This document shows positions 20,023 through 28,166 of a stretch of 64,000 nt of DNA, one piece after another. The position numbers were made by a program, and so were the translations under genes. Numbering within the stretch: position 1 is the stretch's first letter; every line of letters starts with the position of its first letter. The notes below the pieces were generated by a model, which was given only the letters and a program-made list of their open reading frames with translations, was not told where the DNA came from and ran no database searches. Source of the DNA: Sphingomonadales bacterium (lineage in GTDB: Bacteria; Pseudomonadota; Alphaproteobacteria; Sphingomonadales; G965227345); contig OZ245755.1 of assembly GCA_965227345.1 (NCBI GenBank), positions 286,527 to 350,526 on the forward strand, given 5' to 3'.

Positions 20023-21915
20023 TCAACCCTTTTGTCTATTTTTCAGCAAGTTTCCTTGCGATTTTTGTTCTGTGTGCTTTTCAATCCACATATCAAGCAT
20101 GGCAATGTCCCACGCCATGCCATCTGTTGGCGAAGCCGTTGATTTTTGGCAATCCGATATCAGGCGATCAAGAAAGTCATTGCGCAGATATCCATGGCGA
20201 CGAAAATCTGAAATCCGGTCCAGGATCAGGGACTGCAAATTAGCATCCTGCTTTATCCAGACGTTGAAGGGCAATCCAAATCCGTGCTTTTCTTTCTTCA
20301 GCACTTCATCCGGGAGAAAATCTTTCATGGATTGCTTGTAGAAATGCCGCAACTTCATACCTGGCAACAACAAACTGGAGGGAATGCTGGCCGCGAAGGC
20401 AACAAGTTCATCATCAAGCAACGGATAGCGAACCTTAACACCGGCCAGCTGGCACATCTTGTTGACCTTGCGCAAGTCATTGTCCGCCAGTGTGATTTTA
20501 AGGTCCAGATGCATCATACGCTGAAGCATGGTCACAGATTTGGGTCGCAGATAGGCCTCTCGCAGGATATCCATCGGTTCATTAACATTGATATCGTCCA
20601 GCACATCGGCGCTCAGCACATCACCCGGCGTGCCATCGGCCAGAAAATTATGGGCGTAAATCCTCTCCGGCATGGGTGTCGCGAACCGTTCCGCCAGCCT
20701 GCGGGCCTTGCGCACCGGTGGAACAACCCCAAGACCCGGCAGTTTGGTCAGTGGTTCCATAATTCCAGATCGTATCCAACCCGGAATATGCCCGTAGGAT
20801 TCAATCCGTTTCATATACGCATAACGTTCGTTTCCGGCGAATATTTCATCACCGCCGTCCCCGGCCAAAAGTGTGGAAACCCCGTTGTCCCGAGCGGCCC
20901 TGGCGCAATAGAAAGCGGGCACCGCCGACGTATTGCCATATGGTTCATCGTAAACTTCAGCAATTTTAGGCATAAGGGACACCACATCATCAGGTGTCAC
21001 AAAATATTCGTGGTGGTCGGTCCTGAAATGTTCCGCCACCAGCCGCGCATATGCGCTTTCGTCATATTCCGGTTCGCGAAATCCAATGGTAAATGTTTTG
21101 GCATGTTCTCTCTGGCGGGATAAAAGGCCAGCCACAGTACTGCTGTCCAGCCCTCCACTCAAAAAGGCGCCAACTTCATTCCCGGCATCGCAGCCTTCAA
21201 CATATTTACTGAAATTCTTGTCGAGACACCCCCAAAGACGCTCTTTCCATTCCTCCATGTCACCAGATCGGGCAAGCGAATATGGCATTTCCCAGTAAAA
21301 CCGGGTCGTGATCCGGCCGGCCTTGAAATGAACAAGTTGCGCCGGCAGCAGCTTGGACTGCTCCCGGTAAATGGTTCCCGGTGACGAGACAATGTAATTG
21401 AACAGATAATTGTATATTGCCTGGTTTGATATCGTCGATGCCATATCAGGGTGGCATTTTACAGCGTCAGTCGTCGTGCCAAAACAAAAGAGGCCATTCG
21501 GGCCCTGACCGTAAACCAGCCCGTGTATGCCCATTCTGTCAATGGCGATTGTCGCCTCGCCGCTTTCCCTGTTGATGATCGCGACAGAGAAGGCACCATG
21601 CAAACGTTCAAAAACAGCTTCGCCATAAAGCTTGTACCCGTCTGCAAAGGCTTTGGCGTGCCCCAGGCTGTTCGCCGTATCCTGCAAGGCAGCGTCATTC
21701 CAGATTGGTTCACCGTCAATTGAACACATGACAGGCCCGGCGCACCAGACGTTGCCGGCACTTTTCAACGCGACAATACCTGCCGACGACAATGCTTCAC
21801 CAAGACCTTCCGGATGTGGATTAACCAGATCAAGTCCGGTCGCCATATTTTTGAGAATTACTTCGGGCGGAACGTCATGTGTATGTCCACCAACCCAACC
21901 TGCAATACCCATCAT
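20023..21915 (-). CDS. Asparagine-synthetase-family paralogue lacking the N-terminal catalytic Cys
   Basis: PP-loop SGGLDSS and the AsnB C-terminal domain are present. The N-terminus reads M-M-G-I-A-G where AsnB enzymes have M-C-G-I-A-G. Confidence 0.85.
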   Translation of the reverse strand: MMGIAGWVGGHTHDVPPEVILKNMATGLDLVNPHPEGLGEALSSAGIVALKSAGNVWCAGPVMCSIDGEPIWNDAALQDTANSLGHAKAFADGYKLYGEAVFERLHGAFSVAIINRESGEATIAIDRMGIHGLVYGQGPNGLFCFGTTTDAVKCHPDMASTISNQAIYNYLFNYIVSSPGTIYREQSKLLPAQLVHFKAGRITTRFYWEMPYSLARSGDMEEWKERLWGCLDKNFSKYVEGCDAGNEVGAFLSGGLDSSTVAGLLSRQREHAKTFTIGFREPEYDESAYARLVAEHFRTDHHEYFVTPDDVVSLMPKIAEVYDEPYGNTSAVPAFYCARAARDNGVSTLLAGDGGDEIFAGNERYAYMKRIESYGHIPGWIRSGIMEPLTKLPGLGVVPPVRKARRLAERFATPMPERIYAHNFLADGTPGDVLSADVLDDINVNEPMDILREAYLRPKSVTMLQRMMHLDLKITLADNDLRKVNKMCQLAGVKVRYPLLDDELVAFAASIPSSLLLPGMKLRHFYKQSMKDFLPDEVLKKEKHGFGLPFNVWIKQDANLQSLILDRISDFRRHGYLRNDFLDRLISDCQKSTASPTDGMAWDIAMLDMWIEKHTEQKSQGNLLKNRQKG

Positions 21916-21960
21916 TCGCCGTACACCTGTATCCAAATTATCCGAGAGACCGTATTGTTT

Positions 21961-23196
21961 CTAAACCAGCACTTCGACGGGGGCAGGATGCCCCAAAAAG
22001 GCTGTCGGGCTTGATGTCAATCCATAGGCACCGGACTGGAAAACGGCAACCAGGTCGCCAACCTCACCTTTTGGCACCATTATTTTGTCACCCAGACGGT
22101 CAAGTGGCGTGCACAGACACCCCACAATGTCGGCCTGCTCTACGGGTTCAAGGCCCATCTTGTTTGCAATGGCCACCGGGTAATTTTTCCGGATGACCTG
22201 ACCAAAATTTCCGGATGCGGAAAGTTGGTGATGCAAACCGCCATCCGTGATCAAGAAGACCTGGCCACGCGATTCCTTGCGATCCACAATACGCGATATG
22301 TAGACCCCTGCCTCACCGACGATATATCGGCCCAGCTCAACAACAATTTCAGCACCTTCCAGTTTTTCCAGTGCCGGGGGTAAAAGCTCTGCCAGTCTGT
22401 CACCGACCATATGAAGGGGTAAATCCTTGTCACCCGGAAAATACGGGATGCCAAAGCCCCCGCCAATATTGACCATACGCGGCGCACGCGGCGCAGACTT
22501 GCTTAAAGCGGCCGCCAACTCAAGCGCCTTTTCCTGTGCTTCGGAAATTGCTTCGTGCCGTAAATTCTGTGATCCACTGAATATGTGAAAGCCCCAAAAA
22601 TCGAGCCCCAACTCACCCAGGCGACCAAGCATGGCTGGCACCTTTTCAGCATCCACACCAAACTGCTTTGCGCCACCGCTCATACGCATACCCGAAGCTT
22701 TAAGCTCGAAATCCGGATTAACCCTGACGGCCACCCTGGCATTTACGCCCTGACCTTCGCAAAGCTCCGCAATGATTTCCATCTCATTTTCAGATTCCAT
22801 ATTGATCACAATGCCCGCGCCAACAGCCTGTGACAATTCAGCACGTGTTTTGCCCGGGCCAGCAAAGCTGATCAGTTCGGGATTGATACCAGTGTCCAGC
22901 GCCACTTTCATTTCGCCTGCCGAAGCCACATCAAGACCATCTGTGATCCCGGACAAATGCTGGACGACCGCCGGCATGGGGTTGGCCTTCATGGCATAAT
23001 GGATCTGTATTTCCCGGGGTAGCGCCTTACGCAATTCTTCAATCCGACCGGTCAACAGCGCCCTGTCATAGGCAAAAAACGGGGTTGACCCCACACGATC
23101 GGCAAGACGATCGACGTCAACACCGCCTATGGTCAGCTTGTTATTCTCGACGCCAAACCCCTTCAGGGGCGCGTGAACGGGCATTTCCTTATTCAT
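21961..23196 (-). CDS. Fold-type III PLP-dependent decarboxylase (Orn/DAP/Arg decarboxylase family), exosortase-A-associated type
   Basis: PLP-lysine context YAMKANP, plus GGGFGIPY and the C-terminal beta-barrel region (VGCLCTPLD). Its start overlaps the ligase stop (ATGA). Confidence 0.85.
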   Translation of the reverse strand: MNKEMPVHAPLKGFGVENNKLTIGGVDVDRLADRVGSTPFFAYDRALLTGRIEELRKALPREIQIHYAMKANPMPAVVQHLSGITDGLDVASAGEMKVALDTGINPELISFAGPGKTRAELSQAVGAGIVINMESENEMEIIAELCEGQGVNARVAVRVNPDFELKASGMRMSGGAKQFGVDAEKVPAMLGRLGELGLDFWGFHIFSGSQNLRHEAISEAQEKALELAAALSKSAPRAPRMVNIGGGFGIPYFPGDKDLPLHMVGDRLAELLPPALEKLEGAEIVVELGRYIVGEAGVYISRIVDRKESRGQVFLITDGGLHHQLSASGNFGQVIRKNYPVAIANKMGLEPVEQADIVGCLCTPLDRLGDKIMVPKGEVGDLVAVFQSGAYGLTSSPTAFLGHPAPVEVLV

Positions 23197-24791
23197 GGGG
23201 CTTTTGCCTTTTCCATTTCACTGAGTAGTTCTTCTGAAACCAGTTTGCGATCAATCTTGCCATTCGGGTTTCGTGGCAGATTTTCCCGCAGGTGTATTTG
23301 ATGCGGCACCATATAAGTTGGCATTTCCTGCCGACAATAGGCCCGCAATGTATCCTCTTCAAATACCTTGCCATCTCGCGCAGTGACAACCACCACAATC
23401 GACTGACCCAGTTTGTCATCGGACACGCCCATCGCAATCACCTCGGCAACCAGTCCGCTGGCATAAATCACTTCTTCCAGCTCCGTCGGGCTCACCCTGA
23501 AACCGGAGGTTTTGATCATCTCGTCATTCCGGCCAACGAAGTACAGAAAGCCATCCTTGTCCATCCGCACCTTGTCACCTGACCAGACCGCAATTTCCGT
23601 CAGGGGAATACCGGAAGGCTGTGCAGGGGCCGGTTTAAAGCGTTCAGCCGTACGCGCCGGATCATTCCAGTAGCCCAAGGCCACCAGCGCCCCGCGATGA
23701 ACCAGTTCACCAACTTCGTCCGGATCGCATGGCTCGCCATTTTCCCGCACAACCATAATCTCGGCATTCGGGATGGCCTTGCCAATAGAATCAGGCCTGC
23801 GATCAATTTCTTCAGGCGGCAGATAGGTTGACCGGAAAGCTTCCGTCAACCCGTACATAAGATAAACCTTCGTTTTCGGCAAAACGCTGCGCAACCGATC
23901 GACAATCGGGCGCGGCATACGACCCCCGGTGGTGGCGACATAGCGCAAGGTTTGCGCTGTTTCTTCGGGCCAATCCAGATCAGCAAGCTGAATCCACAAC
24001 GGCGGCACACATGTCAAACCGGTGATTTTGTGCGTCACAATCTGTTTAATGACATCGCGTGGCAAAAGATAATTCATCAGGACCACTTCGGCACCGGCAC
24101 AAAAACCGGTTGTCAGCTGGCTCAGCCCTGCATCAAAACTGAGCGGCAACACCGACAGGATGCGGTCATCTGCACTATTTTCAAGATACTGCGCAACACT
24201 GCGGGCCCCTGCAACCATATTACGATGGGAAAGCGTTACCCCCTTGGGCATTCCTGTACTGCCTGACGTGTAAAGGATGGCGGTCATATCCGTATCGATT
24301 GTGCGATGTACAGGCAAACCATCTTCACGGCCCCTGCTCACAAGATCGGGCCATGTCATGAATTCAATGCCTTCAAGGGCAATATCCGGGACATTGTTGT
24401 CTGTTACCACGATGTAACGCAGATCAGGACATTCTGATAAGATCTCGGCCAGACCCGCAAGCCGGTTGTTGCTGATCACCAGCACACGAACATTACAATT
24501 GGCGAGGATATAGCCCACCTGACGCGGCTTTAACGCAGGATTAACTGGCACAAAGGTACAGCCCCCTGCACTGGCACCAAACATGGACGCCACTGTTTCC
24601 ATCTGCTTGGGCAAATAAACGGCAACACGGTCAAACCGGGCAAGTCCCAGCGACATCATGGCTTTGGCAAAGACCTCTACTTCATCTGCAAGTTGGGCAT
24701 AAGTCCATATTTGATCCCGGTACACAAGCGCTCTGGCATCCGGGTTGCGGGCGGCGGACGCCCTGATCAGGTCTGGTAAAAGTTCAGTCAT
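23193..24791 (-). CDS. AMP-forming adenylating enzyme (acyl-CoA/acyl-carrier ligase), exosortase-A-associated type
   Basis: ANL-superfamily motifs: ILYTSGSTGMPKG, YGLTE, SGDKVRMDKDGFLYFVGRNDEMIK and PRNPNGKIDR. Confidence 0.9.
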   Translation of the reverse strand: MTELLPDLIRASAARNPDARALVYRDQIWTYAQLADEVEVFAKAMMSLGLARFDRVAVYLPKQMETVASMFGASAGGCTFVPVNPALKPRQVGYILANCNVRVLVISNNRLAGLAEILSECPDLRYIVVTDNNVPDIALEGIEFMTWPDLVSRGREDGLPVHRTIDTDMTAILYTSGSTGMPKGVTLSHRNMVAGARSVAQYLENSADDRILSVLPLSFDAGLSQLTTGFCAGAEVVLMNYLLPRDVIKQIVTHKITGLTCVPPLWIQLADLDWPEETAQTLRYVATTGGRMPRPIVDRLRSVLPKTKVYLMYGLTEAFRSTYLPPEEIDRRPDSIGKAIPNAEIMVVRENGEPCDPDEVGELVHRGALVALGYWNDPARTAERFKPAPAQPSGIPLTEIAVWSGDKVRMDKDGFLYFVGRNDEMIKTSGFRVSPTELEEVIYASGLVAEVIAMGVSDDKLGQSIVVVVTARDGKVFEEDTLRAYCRQEMPTYMVPHQIHLRENLPRNPNGKIDRKLVSEELLSEMEKAKAP

Positions 24792-25129
24792 GGTTATCAG
24801 TTACTATTATAGTTTCCGGGGCATTGTGATGTTATGTAATTGATTTACGGTCATTACGCTGATTGTCATATCGGCCAATCTAGTATTTGAATATTAGGAA
24901 AGTATGAATTTCCGGATGTTTTCATCAATATCATGCCTCTGGTGTTAACCACGTCCATTAACCATAATAACCTAATTGAAACGCGTCAGGATTGAAACAT
25001 CTCTGAACAGTGAAAATGGAAAGAATATGACGATCTTTTGTCAAGATCCGATTCGTAAACTGGATTTTAAGATTGAATGTGGGTATATGCCCCTGAAGGA
25101 CAGCACCAATCAAGGAACGGGATTCAGAG

Positions 25130-25378
25130 ATGAGCACACAGGGAAAAGTCAGAGAAATTCTTCGCAGCACGCTGCAACTGGGCGCAACAGCGGATACGCT
25201 TGAGCCTTCAACACCGCTACTGGGTAATCTGCCCGAGCTTGATTCGATGGCCGTTGCAACACTTGTGGCTGCGCTTGAAGAAAATTTTGATATTTACATT
25301 GATGACGATGAAATCAGTGCTGAAACATTCGAAACTTTTGGCAGCCTCTGTGAATTTGTCGACGAAAAAACAAGCTGA
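25130..25378 (+). CDS. Acyl/peptidyl carrier protein 1 (82 aa)
   Basis: Phosphopantetheine-attachment context LGNLPELDSMAVATLVAALEE. Four-helix carrier-protein size. Confidence 0.8.
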   Translation: MSTQGKVREILRSTLQLGATADTLEPSTPLLGNLPELDSMAVATLVAALEENFDIYIDDDEISAETFETFGSLCEFVDEKTS

Positions 25379-25406
25379 TTCTGGTCCCGCCAAAAGGTAG
25401 TCTGTT

Positions 25407-26114
25407 GTGCCCATGCCGTTTTACAGGTCGATAAGCAATACATTGCGTGAACTGGGCTGGCGCACGACGATGGTTCATGCAACCGACCGTATTTTGCGGG
25501 CATTAAATATCGGTCATATGTTCCGTTACGTGTTTTATCACCAGCCGGTTGCAGAACCGGTTGATCGCCGGTTTTTGTCGAGAACACTTCAATGTCGTGA
25601 GCTTGAAGCCGCTGACCTGGCGCTGTTACCCGAAGGCCCGGACGTTATTAACTACCGTCTTTCCGAAGGCGGAATCGCTGTCGGGGCCTTTAAGGATGGC
25701 GAATGCATTGCAACCCTTTGGTATACCATGGATATCTATAACGAAGACGAAGTCAGGGCCCGCTATCAGCCCCTGCCTCATGGCTCTTCCGCATGGGACT
25801 TTGGTGTCGGCGTCGCGCCCCAATACCGGATTGGCCGGACTTTTGTAACCTTGTGGGATGCCGGTATGGCATCAATGCGATCACACGGTTGCACAGCAAG
25901 CTTCAGCCGTATCAATGCAACCAATGCGGCTTCCATTACATCACACGCAAAACTTGGTGCCCGACCGCTGGGTTGCGCCACCTTCCTCACGTTGGGACCG
26001 GTACAGGTCGCCTGGTCATCACACACACCACGTTTTCATATTTCGCTCTCAAAAAATGCCATCCCGCTCTACCAGCTGCAGGCACCCGTTTCCCAATCCG
26101 GTCCCCAGGCCTGA
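25407..26114 (+). CDS. GNAT-like acyltransferase (divergent)
   Basis: The segment GVGVAPQYRIGRTFVTLWDAGMASMRSHGCTASFSRINATNAASITSHAKLG resembles GNAT motif A plus the following helix and strand. The match is weak and made by eye only. Start is GTG 25407 or ATG 25413. Confidence 0.45.
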   Translation: MPMPFYRSISNTLRELGWRTTMVHATDRILRALNIGHMFRYVFYHQPVAEPVDRRFLSRTLQCRELEAADLALLPEGPDVINYRLSEGGIAVGAFKDGECIATLWYTMDIYNEDEVRARYQPLPHGSSAWDFGVGVAPQYRIGRTFVTLWDAGMASMRSHGCTASFSRINATNAASITSHAKLGARPLGCATFLTLGPVQVAWSSHTPRFHISLSKNAIPLYQLQAPVSQSGPQA

Positions 26115-26190
26115 GCAAGCTGGATTTTTACACCAGAGGTGACTATAAATCAGTCAATACAATACATAGCGAGCATAAAGTGAGGCGCAA

Positions 26191-26451
26191 ATGACAATAG
26201 ACGACAGGGTGCGAGACGTGTTGCGCAATACCCTTCAGCTGGGAGAACAGGCAGATTCCTTTACCGAATCCACGCCCCTGCTCGGCAACCTTCCGGAACT
26301 GGACTCCATGGCTGTTGCAACATTGGTGGCGTCGCTGGAAGAGACATTTGATATTTATATCGAAGACGATGAAATCAGCGCGGAAACCTTTGAAACCTTT
26401 GGCAGCCTTTGCGCCTTTGTTGACGAAAAAGCCGACGTTCAGACAATATAA
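26191..26451 (+). CDS. Acyl/peptidyl carrier protein 2 (86 aa), paralogue of carrier protein 1
   Basis: Same LGNLPELDSMAVATLVASLEE motif. By hand alignment, 62 of 82 positions are identical to carrier protein 1. Confidence 0.8.
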   Translation: MTIDDRVRDVLRNTLQLGEQADSFTESTPLLGNLPELDSMAVATLVASLEETFDIYIEDDEISAETFETFGSLCAFVDEKADVQTI

Positions 26452-26493
26452 AGTCAGGTTTATTTTGACCACCAGACAGATTCGGATTGTGTT

Positions 26494-27306
26494 TTGAAGC
26501 CCTTGTTTCTGGAAACGCCTGCAGGTCGCATATTCGGGGTTTATCATGCCCCCGCTTCTGATATGCCGGATCATGGCGATATCATTTTCCTGCCGCCTTT
26601 TGCCGAAGAGCTGAACCGCGCGCGTCATATGATTAATCGTCAGGCCGCGAGTTTAAGCGCCGGGGGATATGGCGTTTTTATTCCTGACCTTTATGGCACC
26701 GGGGATAGCGAAGGTCGCTTTGATGAAAGTGGCTGGACGGAATGGGTCCAATCAATCGAAGCAGCACAATCCTGGCTTCAGGGTCAGGGGCGATCACGCA
26801 TATCCTTCTGGGCGATGCGCACAGGGGCGCTCCTGCTGGAAGATATTCAACTACAGGCCGGTACACCTTTCATTCTCTTGTGGAATCCGGTCTCCAACGG
26901 CGACACTTTTCTTAACCAGTTCCTGAGAATTCGAGTGTCTGGCGAGATGAGCGGCCAGCACAAGGAAACAACCAAAGAGCTAAGAGCCAGACTGACTGAT
27001 GGCGAGATTATTGAAGTGGGTGGCTATGGCCTGAATGGCCAGCTGGCGCATGATATATCCGGGAAGCGCCTGAAAAATTTTGCTGTTCCCCCTGCCTCCC
27101 GCATCATCTGGCTTGAAGTCGCGGCTACCAGTCCGGCCAGCCTGTCGCCTGCGGGTGAAAAACATATATCCCACTGGCAGGACAGCGGAGCGAATGTTCT
27201 GGGCACCTCCGTTACCGGCCCCATGTTCTGGGTTCTTCAGGAACCGGAATGGGCGGACGAGTTGCTGACGACGACCACCCGCCTTGTGCAGGATGTAAAA
27301 CAATGA
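26494..27306 (+). CDS. Alpha/beta-hydrolase-fold protein (exosortase-A-associated hydrolase 2 type)
   Basis: Topology pattern IIFLPPF ... DLYGTGDS ... ISFWAMRTGA. TTG start. Its stop overlaps the next gene's ATG. Confidence 0.6.
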   Translation: MKPLFLETPAGRIFGVYHAPASDMPDHGDIIFLPPFAEELNRARHMINRQAASLSAGGYGVFIPDLYGTGDSEGRFDESGWTEWVQSIEAAQSWLQGQGRSRISFWAMRTGALLLEDIQLQAGTPFILLWNPVSNGDTFLNQFLRIRVSGEMSGQHKETTKELRARLTDGEIIEVGGYGLNGQLAHDISGKRLKNFAVPPASRIIWLEVAATSPASLSPAGEKHISHWQDSGANVLGTSVTGPMFWVLQEPEWADELLTTTTRLVQDVKQ

Positions 27307-28166
27307 CGGCAGGCCGCGAAACCACCTTTACGTTTCAGGTTGATGATACCGAGTGTATCGGCATTGTGCATATGCCTGCGCAGATAAACAAAAGCGGTGT
27401 CGGCGTGATTATTCTGGTAGGTGGCCCACAATATCGGGTTGGCCCTCATCGCCAGTATGTTCATCTTGCCCGCCATCTGGCGCGCAACGGCATCCCGGCC
27501 ATGCGTTTTGATTTTCGGGGCGTAGGTGACAGCGATGGTCCCTACCCCGGCTTTGAAAATGTCGGCGATGACCTGAATGCAGCGGTGGCTGCCTTCAGGG
27601 AACACGTGCCCGCCGTGGAAAAAATCATCCCCTGGGGCCTGTGCGAAGGCGCATCTTCCATTCTCCTGACACTTTCAGATCACCCGGATATTGCAGGCGC
27701 CATACTTGCCAACCCCTGGGTGCGCACCCGGTCGGGGCTGGCAAAGGCCCACCTGAAGCATTATTACGGCAAACGATTTCTGGATATTGACTTCTGGAAA
27801 CGACTTTTTACCGGCAAGGCAAACCCTTTCAAAATCATCAAGTCATTGTCCTCCACCGTTCAAAACCTCTTCCGTCCAAAAGAAAAGGCCACGGGAGAGA
27901 TGCTGCCCTTCCCGGACAGGATGGCAAAAGGCCTCAACCAGTTTAACAAGCCTGTGTTGCTTGTTCAAAGCGGCAACGATCTGGTTGCGCGCGAGTTTGA
28001 TGATCTCACCCGGAACAACCCGAGCTGGGACGCGCTGAACAATGAGAATGTGACCCGATATGACCTGACCGGATCAGACCATACCTTTTCGGCCGAAAAA
28101 TGGCGCAGGGAAGTTGCAGAGCAATCAGAAACCTGGATCAGGCAGCTTTACGATACAGATCCCTGA
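27303..28166 (+). CDS. Alpha/beta-hydrolase-fold protein with a G-x-C-x-G nucleophile elbow (exosortase-A-associated hydrolase 1 type)
   Basis: VIILVGGPQYRVG ... FDFRGVGDS ... WGLCEGAS (Cys codon 27642-27644) ... SGNDLV ... GSDHTF. Confidence 0.7.
   Translation: MTAGRETTFTFQVDDTECIGIVHMPAQINKSGVGVIILVGGPQYRVGPHRQYVHLARHLARNGIPAMRFDFRGVGDSDGPYPGFENVGDDLNAAVAAFREHVPAVEKIIPWGLCEGASSILLTLSDHPDIAGAILANPWVRTRSGLAKAHLKHYYGKRFLDIDFWKRLFTGKANPFKIIKSLSSTVQNLFRPKEKATGEMLPFPDRMAKGLNQFNKPVLLVQSGNDLVAREFDDLTRNNPSWDALNNENVTRYDLTGSDHTFSAEKWRREVAEQSETWIRQLYDTDP

Noticed and set aside
20284-21123. Long antisense ORFs opposite well-supported genes. Examples: 20284-21123, 29967-30779, 32440-33039, 36596-37348, 42466-43107, 49945-50607, 53440-54042 and 55912-56529.
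   Set aside because: Each lies entirely within a gene that has strong family motifs on the other strand. Their translations are Arg/Pro/His/Gly-rich with no recognisable domains. Such ORFs are expected by chance at this GC content.
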